NCBI GenBank assembly: GCA_963836755.1
Contig: CAWIKF010000002.1
Location: 2,016,001 to 2,080,000 of the forward strand
Source: an uncultured Verrucomicrobiae bacterium
GTDB taxonomy: Bacteria; Verrucomicrobiota; Verrucomicrobiia; Chthoniobacterales; Chthoniobacteraceae
Direction of reading: 5' to 3'
DNA: 64,000 nucleotides
This document shows positions 19,728-29,746 of the stretch, one piece after another. The notes below the pieces were generated by a model. It was not told the DNA's origin and made no database searches. It worked only from the letters and a program-made list of their open reading frames with translations. Within the stretch, counting starts at the first letter, position 1, and every line of letters begins with the position of its first letter. The position numbers and the translations under genes were made by a program.

Positions 19728-20171
19728 TCAAGCGGCTTCGGGACTGGTCGCTCCGGCGCGGCCGTGCGGGAAAACCCAAAAATGGTAGAGCAAAAATTTC
19801 ACGCCGCCGGTGATGCTGAGCACGCTCGCGATGATGAGAAATCTCGACAGCGATTTCTCCGCGCCAAGCCTTTTGATGGCGCTGAAAGCGATCAATAAAT
19901 TCAGCCCGTAGCAAACCGCGACCGAACCGAGGTAGCGCCAGATGCAATCATGCCACACGACCGACGTGCGGAAATTAATGAAGTAATTCCAGCCGAAAAA
20001 AAACACGGTCATGATGGCAAAACTGGCCGCGAGCGATGGCCCGGTGCGCCAGTGCAGAAAGTGATCGAAGAGCTGCGTGAGCACCGTGTTCATGCCGGCG
20101 CTGCCGACGCCGCCGACGACGAACCAGATCATTCGTTCGACGAGCGGCTGTTTTGCTTTTTCTGTTTTCAA
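19728..20171 (-). CDS. GtrA-like membrane protein
   Basis: Four TM segments; FVVGG...NYFINF...FWVF pattern. Confidence 0.65.
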   Translation of the reverse strand: MKTEKAKQPLVERMIWFVVGGVGSAGMNTVLTQLFDHFLHWRTGPSLAASFAIMTVFFFGWNYFINFRTSVVWHDCIWRYLGSVAVCYGLNLLIAFSAIKRLGAEKSLSRFLIIASVLSITGGVKFLLYHFWVFPHGRAGATSPEAA

Positions 20172-20234
20172 GCCGGTCTCAGTAGTGGATTTCGCGCGAC
20201 TGAGCGAGGGAGAAAATCGGCGCGCGAAAAAGCG

Positions 20235-21077
20235 TCACGGCTTGTGTCCGACGAAAATCCCGTAGCGCATCGAGCCCACGTTATAGGCAAGCCAGATGCG
20301 GAAAATCGTGATGGCGAAAAGGCGATTGCGCGCGTGCCGATTGATGAGGAATTTGGCGTAACGCGGCTGTCGGCAAAGTTCAACGAGGAAGCGGCCCGCG
20401 CAGATCGGCCACGTTTTTTTGACCTTCGTCGTCACATCCTCAAACGAATCAAAGACGAAACCGGCGTCGTCGTAGAAGCGCTTATAATCAAGCTCCGTGC
20501 CCATACTCGGCATGCGGCCCTCGCGGCAAATCGGTTCGAGCAGAAAACTATTTTCCATGCGCGAAGCATGCTCGCGCGCGAGCCACGCGCAGATCACGAG
20601 CCGGCCGCCGGAACGCAGGACGCGATGCGCTTCCGTGAAAAACGCGGACTTGTCAGTCATGTGCTCCGAACTTTCGATCGCGATCGCCACGTCAAAGTTT
20701 TCCGCCGGCAAATCGTTGCGCAGCCAATCGCCGAGCAAATACTGGACGTCTTCGCCATCGGCCGCGCCTTGCGCGAAACGATATTGCGCTGGCGAGACCG
20801 TCATCGCTGTCACTGCCGCGCCAAAGTTCCGCGCGAGCATCCGGGCGGTCGCGCCGTAGCCGCAACCAATGTCACACACACGTTTGCCACATTCGATTTC
20901 TCCGCGCGATGCGACGAGCTCAACGAGCTGCAAAGTGGCTTCCCAGCTTGATTCGCGACCGGTGCGCCAAAAACCGTGATGCACATGCTCGCCCCAGATT
21001 TCGCGGTAAAAGTGATCGAGCTCATCGTAATGCCCGGCCACCGCTTCACTGTTGAGCGCTGTCTTCGATGCGATCAA
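20235..21077 (-). CDS. Class I SAM-dependent methyltransferase (tocopherol/sterol-MT-like)
   Basis: HYDEL...WGEHVHHGFW, DIGCGYG, IESSEH. Confidence 0.85.
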   Translation of the reverse strand: MIASKTALNSEAVAGHYDELDHFYREIWGEHVHHGFWRTGRESSWEATLQLVELVASRGEIECGKRVCDIGCGYGATARMLARNFGAAVTAMTVSPAQYRFAQGAADGEDVQYLLGDWLRNDLPAENFDVAIAIESSEHMTDKSAFFTEAHRVLRSGGRLVICAWLAREHASRMENSFLLEPICREGRMPSMGTELDYKRFYDDAGFVFDSFEDVTTKVKKTWPICAGRFLVELCRQPRYAKFLINRHARNRLFAITIFRIWLAYNVGSMRYGIFVGHKP

Positions 21078-22102
21078 TCGGCGTGCGGGAAACGGAAAAC
21101 AATCTCGACGCGTCGGTTTCTCGCCTGGCGTATTTTTTCCGCATCGATCGAAGCCTGAGAATGCGAATCGTAAGCGGCGGGCGTAACAACGAGCCGCGTT
21201 TTTCCAAAGCCCTGCGTCTGGATGTGCGAGGGATCGACATCCGCGTTTTGAACGAGCCAGGTTTTGACCGCTTCGGCGCGTTGCAAGCTGATCGCATGGT
21301 TCGCGGCGTCATCGCCGAAGGAATCGCTGTGGCCCTCGATGCTGAAAAGAACGCGCGGATTTTTTTTGATCAGCTCGCCTAGTTTTCGGAGCTGCGAGAT
21401 GGACTCAAGTTTCAGCTCCGAACTATTGAATTCGAAGAGCGCGCCGCCGGGCAGCGATAGCGGCGCATCGCCATTGTGCAAGCCGCGGCCGAGCAGTTTG
21501 TTGAGCTGGTCGGAAGCTGCGGCCATGCCGGCAGCATCGGAATCGCCGCCGGTTTTTCCCGAGCCTTCGGAATATTTTAAAAGCGCCTGCGCCGAGACTT
21601 TGGGAGAATCCCGCAGCAGCGATTTGTTTAACGACGTTTTCAGATCGCTCTCCATTTCCCGGCTCGCACTTCGTTGCAGGTCGCTTACCGCACTGAGGTT
21701 CGCGGCTTCGACACGCGGCTTGTCGAGCGCGATCGGCTTGGTGAGCTCCGGCGCGATCGGAGTCACGCGCGTGTTGTCCGCGAGCTTGTCGTCCGACGGC
21801 CTTTCCTCGGGAAGATCAATGGGCTTGATCGCAGGAGTTTTCGCGGCTGCAAGCGGTTCATCTTCGTCTTTCTGCAGCAGCTTCGGATCAATATCGAGCC
21901 GCTGCACGGAGAAGGCGCGCGGGACCAAACGGTCAGTTAACATGCTGAAGTGCTCCAGTTTTTTCGTGCGAAAGAAAACGAAAAGTGCGGCGTGGAGGCA
22001 CAGCGAGAGCATGAGCGCGCGGAACAGCCATTTCCGCAGGACGGGTTCCGGCGCGGTGTTCGTCTGGAAGTTCAGGTAGGCCATCGGTTGCACACGATAC
22101 AT
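21074..22102 (-). CDS. Membrane-anchored OmpA/MotB C-terminal domain protein
   Basis: N-terminal TM; IEGHSD, ISLQRAEAV, NRRVEI; start may be 22084. Confidence 0.85.
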   Translation of the reverse strand: MYRVQPMAYLNFQTNTAPEPVLRKWLFRALMLSLCLHAALFVFFRTKKLEHFSMLTDRLVPRAFSVQRLDIDPKLLQKDEDEPLAAAKTPAIKPIDLPEERPSDDKLADNTRVTPIAPELTKPIALDKPRVEAANLSAVSDLQRSASREMESDLKTSLNKSLLRDSPKVSAQALLKYSEGSGKTGGDSDAAGMAAASDQLNKLLGRGLHNGDAPLSLPGGALFEFNSSELKLESISQLRKLGELIKKNPRVLFSIEGHSDSFGDDAANHAISLQRAEAVKTWLVQNADVDPSHIQTQGFGKTRLVVTPAAYDSHSQASIDAEKIRQARNRRVEIVFRFPHAD

Positions 22103-22178
22103 GACGCGCGGAAGGACTCAACCGCACGCAAATACTGGCTCGCAATCAAAATGGCGTTAGGTTTTATCCGCACCGCCA

Positions 22179-22697
22179 ATGATGCAAAAACTGCGCGCAT
22201 GGATCTCGAGGCATTATCACGCCTTGATGCAAATCCGCGATACGCCGCACGCGATCGCGGGCGGTCTTGCGGCAGGCATCTTCATCGGTTTTCTGCCGCT
22301 CGTTCTTCCCTTCGTGCCGGTGAAAACATTGCTCGCGATCCTGCTGGCGTGGCTGTTCCGCTGCAGCAAACTTTCCGCGGCGGTCGGCGTGACCTGCCAC
22401 GATGTGGTGCTGCCGATCTGGCCGCTGGTTTTGCGCTGGCAGTATCAAATCGGCTACTGGCTTCTTTCGCGGCCGCATCAATTTCCGCCGAAGATTCCAA
22501 AGCTGAAACATTTCAGCATGGAGCACTGGCTGCACTGGCGGACCTTGAAAGAACTCAGAGTTCTTTGGCCGCCAACGTTTCTCGGCGCGCTCGTTCTGGC
22601 GATTCCGCTCGCGCTGATTTTTTACTTCGTCGCGCTGCAAATCATCACGCGATACCAGGCGCGCAGGAAACAGCACGAGCCGCAGACTTACAGTTAG
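22179..22697 (+). CDS. DUF2062-like membrane protein
   Basis: DTPHAIAGGLAAGIFIGFLP motif. Confidence 0.8.
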   Translation: MMQKLRAWISRHYHALMQIRDTPHAIAGGLAAGIFIGFLPLVLPFVPVKTLLAILLAWLFRCSKLSAAVGVTCHDVVLPIWPLVLRWQYQIGYWLLSRPHQFPPKIPKLKHFSMEHWLHWRTLKELRVLWPPTFLGALVLAIPLALIFYFVALQIITRYQARRKQHEPQTYS

Positions 22698-25262
22698 TCA
22701 CTCTTTGTTTTCGCGCGGTCGGTAGTCGTAGCAAATGCGGTAATAAAAATGGCGAACCGGTTGGCCATTCTGCGTGATCGTGCCTTCCTTCGTTTCCGTG
22801 ACCTTCGCGAAATGGCGGCGCACCGAGTCGCTCGTCAGCTGCGAACGCTCCAGCCCGACCAACACCGCATTTTTTCCTGCGACCGATTGCGGTGAGCACC
22901 AACGCTCGAACATCAAACTGCGCTGGCCGAAAAGGTGCGATCCGGCAGCCTCAGCCACGGCATCTTTTTGATCGGGATCATAGTAAGTGAGCTCGCTGAC
23001 AATCTGGTAGCGATCCATGCCGACGATCACCGGCTTCGCCTTTGAATCGCGCTCGAGCTTCTCTTCCAGACCTTCCACCTGCGCCGCGAGATTCGACCAG
23101 CCGACGGGAAAAAGTTCGATGTGGGTCGGATATGGCAGGCCCGGCCAACCGAGCACGAGATGATACAGCGCCGCGCCGTAAAGCAGGATGAGCGCAGCGA
23201 AACATGGCGGCCACCACCGCTGCATTCGTCCGCGATGCATCGTCGCGGCGATGACGGGAAGCACGATCAACCAAAGCGGAGTCGTCCAATTGAACTCAAC
23301 GCGGTGTTTAACGCTGTAGTATGCGAAAACCGCGAGCGGAACGAACGCAAAAGTTTTGACGAAAGTTCCGAGCCGTCCCTCAGCTCCTGTTTTTACTCCG
23401 CGCAAAAACAAGATGCGAAATGCCGCTGTGAAACCGAGCGGCGTCAGCAAAATGAAGATCGACGCGAGAAGTTCGTGCACCGAAAAGCGGCGCGCGGCTG
23501 CCCAGCGGCGTGGACCTTGAAATACGAACGATGCCCATTCGTTCTGTGAGTTCCAGATAATCACCGGTGAAAAAAGGACGATGGAAAGAACTGCCGCGAG
23601 ATACGGCGCAGGATGCAGAAACCAGCGCCGCGAATTTTTGTCGAAAATCATGAACGCGATCGCGGCGATGCCGACGAGCGCGATCGTGTATTTCGAATCC
23701 ATGCCAAGTCCAATGCACGCGCCCGCGCCGAACCACGCCGCTGTCGACCCCGCAAAAAAGACGCGCTCGAAAAAATAAAGCGCGCCGGCCCAGCAGGCGA
23801 CGAGCGGCGCGTCCGGCGTCATCACGGTGCCGACACCGAAAAACGCCGGCAGAATCGCCATCAACATCACCGCCCGAAGTGCGGTTGTTTTGTCGAAAAC
23901 ATTTCGAGCGAGCCGAAAGACGAAAATCGCCGCGATCCCCCAGCACAAAATCGCGCCGAGCCGCACGCCCGCAGCATCATGCCCGAGCAGCGCCGTCCCC
24001 GCCGCGATCAACCACGCGACCATCGGCGGATGATCGAGATAGCCGAGCGCCGGGTGCTGCGCATAGTTCCAATAGTATGCTTCCTCCGGCAACAGCTGCA
24101 CCGTCGCCAGATACGTCAGGCGCAGCGCGAGAAAAAAAGCGGTGATGCCGAGTGCCACCACGCGCCAGCGCACGCCGCGGCCGTATTGGCTGCGATCCGG
24201 CCAGACGAAAAGTGCGTAGCCTAAAAAGTTCACGCCCGTTGTGATCAAAATCGCTGGCAAAATCGCAAGCCATCCCGGCCACCGAAAAAGCTGCACGCCA
24301 AGTGCGAGCACACCGCTGCGTAGAAAAAATCCCATTGCCGCCATCATCGCGGATCGCGAGAAAAACTTTACGTCGACGTGACTGCGGTCGGGAAGCTGAC
24401 GAGTTTTTAGAAATAAATTCAGAATTGCTGCGCAGGCGAAACTCGAGATCTGCGCCGCGCTTAAACCAAGGCCCAGAGCAGTTCCCGAGATGAATGCACC
24501 AAAATCGACAAGCATCACCGCGAGAGTTTTTGTCAGCGCCGCGCCCGCTCGATCGGTCGATTCCCGCCAACCGGAAAGCGCCAGTAAACGTCGGAAATAA
24601 GTGAGAACAATGGATGGTCCCATTTTCGACGAGCCGCGCGCGCGGTCGCGAAAGGCGATTGGGATTTCTGTGACCCGCAATTTGTCGCCGCCGCGCACAA
24701 GCACCTCGAGGGCAATTTTGAACCCAGTCGCATCTGTCGGGATTTGCCTCAAAAGCTCGCGCCGCACTGCGAAAAAGCCGGACAACGAATCATGAACATC
24801 CGTTAACGGCGCGGCGCAAGCCGAGGCCATTCGCGACATCCAGCGGCGCGTGCGAGGCCAACCAGGCGTCGTCCCGCCGCGCATGTAACGACTGCCGATG
24901 ACCATGTCGCAACGGCCGGCGAGCACCGGCCGCACAAGGTCCGGCACGCGGTCGGGCGGATGACTCAGGTCGGCGTCCATGACGACCACAACCTCATGTC
25001 GCGCCGCCGCCGCGCCCGCCAGAACCGCGCCCGCAAGGCCGCCCGCAGGGTTACTTCTTTCAATCAAAGTCACCGGAGCAAGATCGGAAAGAACGCGAAC
25101 CTTTTCGATCGTGCCGTCCGTGGAAGCATCATCGACCACGAGAATTTCGAGATCAAAGTCCGCCGCGCTTTCACGCACGCGCGCGATCACGGCCTCGATA
25201 TTTTCGACCTCGTTGAGCGTGGGAATAATGACCGAAATACTTTCGCGGGGCGCGTTGAACAT
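22698..25262 (-). CDS. Fusion of polyprenol-phosphate glycosyltransferase (GT2), GtrA-like domain and ArnT/PMT-like GT-C domain
   Basis: IIPTLNE, DDASTDGT, DADLSH; 4-TM linker; EEAYYW...YLDHPP, TPDAP, SKYT. Confidence 0.85.
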   Translation of the reverse strand: MFNAPRESISVIIPTLNEVENIEAVIARVRESAADFDLEILVVDDASTDGTIEKVRVLSDLAPVTLIERSNPAGGLAGAVLAGAAAARHEVVVVMDADLSHPPDRVPDLVRPVLAGRCDMVIGSRYMRGGTTPGWPRTRRWMSRMASACAAPLTDVHDSLSGFFAVRRELLRQIPTDATGFKIALEVLVRGGDKLRVTEIPIAFRDRARGSSKMGPSIVLTYFRRLLALSGWRESTDRAGAALTKTLAVMLVDFGAFISGTALGLGLSAAQISSFACAAILNLFLKTRQLPDRSHVDVKFFSRSAMMAAMGFFLRSGVLALGVQLFRWPGWLAILPAILITTGVNFLGYALFVWPDRSQYGRGVRWRVVALGITAFFLALRLTYLATVQLLPEEAYYWNYAQHPALGYLDHPPMVAWLIAAGTALLGHDAAGVRLGAILCWGIAAIFVFRLARNVFDKTTALRAVMLMAILPAFFGVGTVMTPDAPLVACWAGALYFFERVFFAGSTAAWFGAGACIGLGMDSKYTIALVGIAAIAFMIFDKNSRRWFLHPAPYLAAVLSIVLFSPVIIWNSQNEWASFVFQGPRRWAAARRFSVHELLASIFILLTPLGFTAAFRILFLRGVKTGAEGRLGTFVKTFAFVPLAVFAYYSVKHRVEFNWTTPLWLIVLPVIAATMHRGRMQRWWPPCFAALILLYGAALYHLVLGWPGLPYPTHIELFPVGWSNLAAQVEGLEEKLERDSKAKPVIVGMDRYQIVSELTYYDPDQKDAVAEAAGSHLFGQRSLMFERWCSPQSVAGKNAVLVGLERSQLTSDSVRRHFAKVTETKEGTITQNGQPVRHFYYRICYDYRPRENKE

Positions 25263-25346
25263 CTGCGGCGATGCTTCGTGCGGACTTCATTCTAGGCAAG
25301 TGGAAATATGGAGACTCGCCACGGCCGTGCGAGATACGAATGAAAG

Positions 25347-26396
25347 GTGATGAATAGAATCAACGTTGGAATCGTAGGCCTCGGCTGGCCTGGAGAGCGG
25401 CATGCCGAAGCCATTCTCGGAAGCCGAAACGGGACGCTCTTTGCGTGCGCGGATTTGCACGAAAAGCGGCGTGAGGCTTTCGTGGCGCGCTACCAACCGC
25501 GCAAAAGTTTTGCTTCCCTGGATGAGATGCTGGCCAACCCGGATCTCGATGCGGTCGTAGTTTGCCTGCCGAATTTTTTGCATTTCCCCGCAGCGCTTGC
25601 GGTGCTGGGCGCTAACAAGCACGTGTTGTGTGAAAAGCCGCCGACCATGAACGCGCCGGAGATGCGCGTGCTGCGCGATGAGGCGGAGAAGCGGAGCCTA
25701 GTTTATTTTTTCGGCAGGCAGGCGCGATTTTCTCCGTCGCTGCTCGCTGCGCGCGAATTGATCGCCGACGGCCGGCTCGGGAAAATCTATTTTGGCAAAA
25801 CTGTCTACCTCCGTTCGCGAGGCATCCCGGTTGGCGTCGACGGGTGGTTTACGGAAAAGGCTCGCTCCGGCGGCGGCGCACTAATCGACCTCGGCGTCCA
25901 TGCGCTCGACTCGGCGTGGTATTTAATGGGCACGCCGAAACCGCTCACTGTCTCTGCGCAGGTTTTTCAAAATTTTTCCCATCATGTTTCCGTGCCGGTG
26001 AATGATGTGGAGGACGGCGCCTACGGCATGGTCAGGTTTGCGAATGGCGCGGTGGTGCATTTCGAAATCGCGTGGGCGGGTCATCAACCAGACGAGATCC
26101 CGGTCAGTTCCATGTTTGGGCGCGAGCTCTCGAACACGACTTTGCACGGCTCGCAGGCAACGATCCGGCTCGAGCCATCGGCTTTATTCGAGGAGAAAAA
26201 TGGCGTGCCGGTGAAACTGGAAATCGCGGCTGCGGCAGAGGACCGACGCTTTATTTTGCAGATGGAAAACTTTCTCGACGCAGTCGCCGGTAATTCGCGG
26301 CCGGTGAACAATGCAGAACAGGCTGTTAACTTAATGGAAATGCTCGACGCGATTTACAAATCGAGTGCGACCGGACACGAAGTGAGCCTCGAGTGA
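25347..26396 (+). CDS. Gfo/Idh/MocA oxidoreductase
   Basis: GIVGLG, HVLCEKP, GGGALIDLGVH. Confidence 0.9.
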   Translation: MMNRINVGIVGLGWPGERHAEAILGSRNGTLFACADLHEKRREAFVARYQPRKSFASLDEMLANPDLDAVVVCLPNFLHFPAALAVLGANKHVLCEKPPTMNAPEMRVLRDEAEKRSLVYFFGRQARFSPSLLAARELIADGRLGKIYFGKTVYLRSRGIPVGVDGWFTEKARSGGGALIDLGVHALDSAWYLMGTPKPLTVSAQVFQNFSHHVSVPVNDVEDGAYGMVRFANGAVVHFEIAWAGHQPDEIPVSSMFGRELSNTTLHGSQATIRLEPSALFEEKNGVPVKLEIAAAAEDRRFILQMENFLDAVAGNSRPVNNAEQAVNLMEMLDAIYKSSATGHEVSLE

Positions 26397-26402
26397 CCGC
26401 CA

Positions 26403-27194
26403 TCACTGCAGCGGAATAATTTCGCGGCCCACTCGCCGGCGCTCCACCACCCACGCCAGCCAGATGCAAAGCTCGTAGAGCAGGCACATCGGCGCGCCGA
26501 GCGAAAGGAAAGTCACCACATCCGGAGTCGGCGCAATGACAACCGCCAGGCAAAGAATGATGACGATCGCAAACGGCCGGGTGCGGTGCAAAAAGGCAAA
26601 GGTGAGAACGCGCAAATACACCAGCACCAGCACGACGACGGGCAGCTCGAACGCGAGCCCGAACGCGAGCGTGATCTGCGTTACAAATGAAAAATAATCG
26701 CGCACCGTCCACGTCGGCGTCCATTCCAGGGACTTTGCGAAGCCAAAGAAAAATCCGAGCGTCTGCGGCAAAACAAAATAATAGCAGAACGCCACGCCGG
26801 TGAGGAAAAGTCCAAAACCGGTCGCGATTCCTGGCAGCACGTATTTTCTTTCCTGCCGAGTCAGCGCGGGCAAAACAAACTGCGCGAGGAAGAAAAGCAG
26901 AAACGGAAACGTGAGGACGATGCCGGCATAAAACGCGAGCTGAAACGCGATCGTCAGCGGATCCGTCACGCCCAGCACCTGCAACTTTGTCACCAATCCC
27001 GGATCGATTTTCCGCAGTGGCTGCTGAATGATTTGGACAAGATTATTCCGGAAAGCAAACGACAGACCCATGCCCAAGGCGAGCGTCACGCCCATCCGCA
27101 CGAGCGTCCAGCGCAGCTCCTCGAGATGATCGAGGAAAGGTTTGACCACCTCGGGATCATTCTCGCGAAACTTGAACCAGCGCTCCGGACCCAT
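26403..27194 (-). CDS. tatC: Twin-arginine translocase TatC
   Basis: PFLDHLEELR, FVLPAL, FGLAFELP, PTPD. Confidence 0.93.
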   Translation of the reverse strand: MGPERWFKFRENDPEVVKPFLDHLEELRWTLVRMGVTLALGMGLSFAFRNNLVQIIQQPLRKIDPGLVTKLQVLGVTDPLTIAFQLAFYAGIVLTFPFLLFFLAQFVLPALTRQERKYVLPGIATGFGLFLTGVAFCYYFVLPQTLGFFFGFAKSLEWTPTWTVRDYFSFVTQITLAFGLAFELPVVVLVLVYLRVLTFAFLHRTRPFAIVIILCLAVVIAPTPDVVTFLSLGAPMCLLYELCIWLAWVVERRRVGREIIPLQ

Positions 27195-27198
27195 TGCG

Positions 27199-27795
27199 CT
27201 AAAATAAATCGAGCGCGCACATCCGCGCGAAGGCGCTGAGCGTATTTGCGTCCACAATTTCGTTGTCCGCAATCATCGCGCGAAACTCTTCGCGGGAAAA
27301 TGCGCGGCATTCGGTGATCACTTCATTCTCATCGTGCGAATGCCCGGCAGCGCTCGCAACCACTGCATTCGCGAGAAATAGATACGAATGCTCATCGGTA
27401 AATCCCGCCGATGGAAAAAAGTGTCCGAGCGCGATGAGTTCGCCTTCCGGGGCGAGTTCGTGGCCCGTTTCCTCGCGCAGTTCGCGCAGCGCAGTCGCGC
27501 GAATCGCGGACGCATCGTGTCCGACTTTTTCATCAATCTGCCCAGCGGGAAATTCCCAGATCGCCTCGCGAATCGGAATGCGCTCCTGCCGCACGAGCAA
27601 ATATTTTCCGTCGAGCGTCCGCGGTGCGACGACGCATGCGCCTTTGCGATGCACCACCGTCCACGAGCGCGTCGCGGGAGAATTCGGCGTCCGCGTTTCG
27701 GTCGCGTAAACTTCCACGAACGGATTCGAAAATTCGAGCTCGCTGCGGAGCGTCTGCCAACCGGCGGTGTCCTTGATGAAGTCGTGAAAACTCAT
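27199..27795 (-). CDS. NUDIX hydrolase (ADP-ribose pyrophosphatase-like)
   Basis: WEFPAG...ALRELREETG Nudix box. Confidence 0.88.
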   Translation of the reverse strand: MSFHDFIKDTAGWQTLRSELEFSNPFVEVYATETRTPNSPATRSWTVVHRKGACVVAPRTLDGKYLLVRQERIPIREAIWEFPAGQIDEKVGHDASAIRATALRELREETGHELAPEGELIALGHFFPSAGFTDEHSYLFLANAVVASAAGHSHDENEVITECRAFSREEFRAMIADNEIVDANTLSAFARMCALDLF

Positions 27796-29159
27796 GCGCC
27801 CAATAGTTCGTTCCAGCGTCGCAATTGCGCGTTGACGTTCCGCGTGGACGGCGCGCCGATCGCCTGGCGCGAATCGATCGATTTACGGACGTCTAACAGC
27901 CCGAAAACGTCCGCATCGAACGCGGGTGAAAGTTTTTGAAAATCTTCCAGCGACAATTCCCGGAAAGTCGCGCCGCGCTTCACGCAGAGCGCGACGGATT
28001 TTCCAATGACTTCGTGCGCCTGCCGAAACCGCACACCGCGCAGGACGAGATAATCGGCGAGATCCGTGGCGAGAAGCAGCGGATCGCTGACAGCTTCGGC
28101 CGCGCGGTCCGCGTGAACTTTTATTTCCGGCAACATCGCGGCGCAGACAGTGAGCGCGGCTTTGATCGAATCGACCGAATCGAAAACGGGTTCCTTGTCT
28201 TCCTGCATGTCGCGATTATAGGTCATCGGCAGACCTTTCATCGTCGTCAAAAGTGCGACGAGATTGCCGATGAGGCGGCCAGTTTTGCCGCGCGTCAGTT
28301 CGGCGACGTCTGGGTTTTTTTTCTGCGGCATCAAACTAGACCCGGTCGTAAAGGCGTCGCTGATCGTGATGAATTTGAATTCCGTCGTCGCCCACAAAAT
28401 CAAATCCTCGCTCAGCCGCGAAAGATGCACGCCGATGAGCGCGATTGCGCCGAGCAATTCGCACGCGAAATCGCGGTCGCTGACGGCATCCATGCTGTTC
28501 TGGCTGAGCGCCGGAAAATCGAGCAACTGCGCGATCAATTCGCGGTCGAGCGTGATGGTCGAACCGGCGATCGCGCCGGAGCCGAGCGGCAAAACGTTGA
28601 TGCGTTTGCGCGCGTCGGCGAGTCGCTCGGCATCGCGCTGCAGCATTTCAACGTAAGCGAGAAGATGATGCGAAAAAAGCACGGGCTGCGCGCGCTGCAT
28701 ATGCGTGTAGCCGGGAATGATCACGTCGACATTCCGATCCGCGAGAGTGAGCAGGCTGCGCTGCAACTGTTTAATACACTGCGAAATGGCGTCCGTCTCC
28801 TCGCGGAGATAAAGGCGCAGATCGAGTGCGACCTGGTCGTTGCGGCTGCGCGCGGTGTGGAGCTTTGCGCCGGCGTCGCCGATTCGCTGCGTGAGCGCCG
28901 ACTCGATGTTCATGTGGATGTCCTCGAGGTCGCGTTGAAATTTAAAATTTCCCGCCGCGATTTCGTCGCCGATTTCATGCAGCCCGCGCTCAATGCTCCC
29001 CTGCTCTTCCGCGGAAATCAGGCCGGCCGCGAGCAGCGCGCGCGAGTGCGCGATCGATCCTTCGATGTCATGCCGATACAACCGCCAGTCGAACGAAATC
29101 GACTCGCTGTAAGCTTTCAGCAACTCCGCGGTTTCCGTTTGAAAACGACCTTTCCACAT
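27792..29159 (-). CDS. argH: Argininosuccinate lyase
   Basis: HTARSRNDQV, GYTHMQRAQP, GSSLMPQKKNPD. Confidence 0.97.
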   Translation of the reverse strand: MWKGRFQTETAELLKAYSESISFDWRLYRHDIEGSIAHSRALLAAGLISAEEQGSIERGLHEIGDEIAAGNFKFQRDLEDIHMNIESALTQRIGDAGAKLHTARSRNDQVALDLRLYLREETDAISQCIKQLQRSLLTLADRNVDVIIPGYTHMQRAQPVLFSHHLLAYVEMLQRDAERLADARKRINVLPLGSGAIAGSTITLDRELIAQLLDFPALSQNSMDAVSDRDFACELLGAIALIGVHLSRLSEDLILWATTEFKFITISDAFTTGSSLMPQKKNPDVAELTRGKTGRLIGNLVALLTTMKGLPMTYNRDMQEDKEPVFDSVDSIKAALTVCAAMLPEIKVHADRAAEAVSDPLLLATDLADYLVLRGVRFRQAHEVIGKSVALCVKRGATFRELSLEDFQKLSPAFDADVFGLLDVRKSIDSRQAIGAPSTRNVNAQLRRWNELLGA

Positions 29160-29226
29160 GGCGCTTGGTTATCGGCGGCGCGCCGCGGTTTGGCAAATGA
29201 CAATCGCGCCCGCGCGACCGGCCGGG

Positions 29227-29694
29227 CTATTCACACCGGCCGCGGTTGCGGCATGCGCCGCTCGATTTCAACTCGTCGCACGTCGCCTCGATGCGGATGA
29301 TTTTTGACGCGGGTGAAAACCCGAGCCGTTTCGTGATGCAGTTTTCCAGCGTCTCGATGTTCCGATCCTCGAACTCGACGATGCGGTCGCAATCGACGCA
29401 AATGAGATGGTTGTGGTGCGGATGCTCGACGAAATTCGGATCGTAAAATTTGTGTTCGCGCCCGAAATCCATCTCTTTCAAAACGCCACACTCCACAAGC
29501 AGCGGCAGCGTCCGGTAAACCGTGGCGCGCGAAACGGATGGCTCGATTTTTTTCGACATCCGGAGCAAATCTTCGGCGTTGTAATGCTCGCTCGTGCTGA
29601 ACGCGGCCTCGATGATCGCGTCGCGCGGCGCCGTTTTCCGCAGGCCTTTCGCCTCGATGAAGTCGTAAATCTGTTTGCGGATCGCGTCGTCCAT
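29227..29694 (-). CDS. fur: Fur family transcriptional regulator
   Basis: SRATVYRTL, HHNHLICVDC, CDEL. Confidence 0.88.
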   Translation of the reverse strand: MDDAIRKQIYDFIEAKGLRKTAPRDAIIEAAFSTSEHYNAEDLLRMSKKIEPSVSRATVYRTLPLLVECGVLKEMDFGREHKFYDPNFVEHPHHNHLICVDCDRIVEFEDRNIETLENCITKRLGFSPASKIIRIEATCDELKSSGACRNRGRCE

Positions 29695-29702
29695 CCGCTG
29701 GA

Positions 29703-29730
29703 ACTATAAAAGCTGCGCCGGGTGAGTCAA
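29703..29730 (-). promoter_or_regulatory. Sigma70-type promoter of fur (near-leaderless)
   Basis: TTGACT-N16-TATAGT, 8 nt before ATG. Confidence 0.6.
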
Positions 29731-29746
29731 CCCGTTCGGGCCGCAC

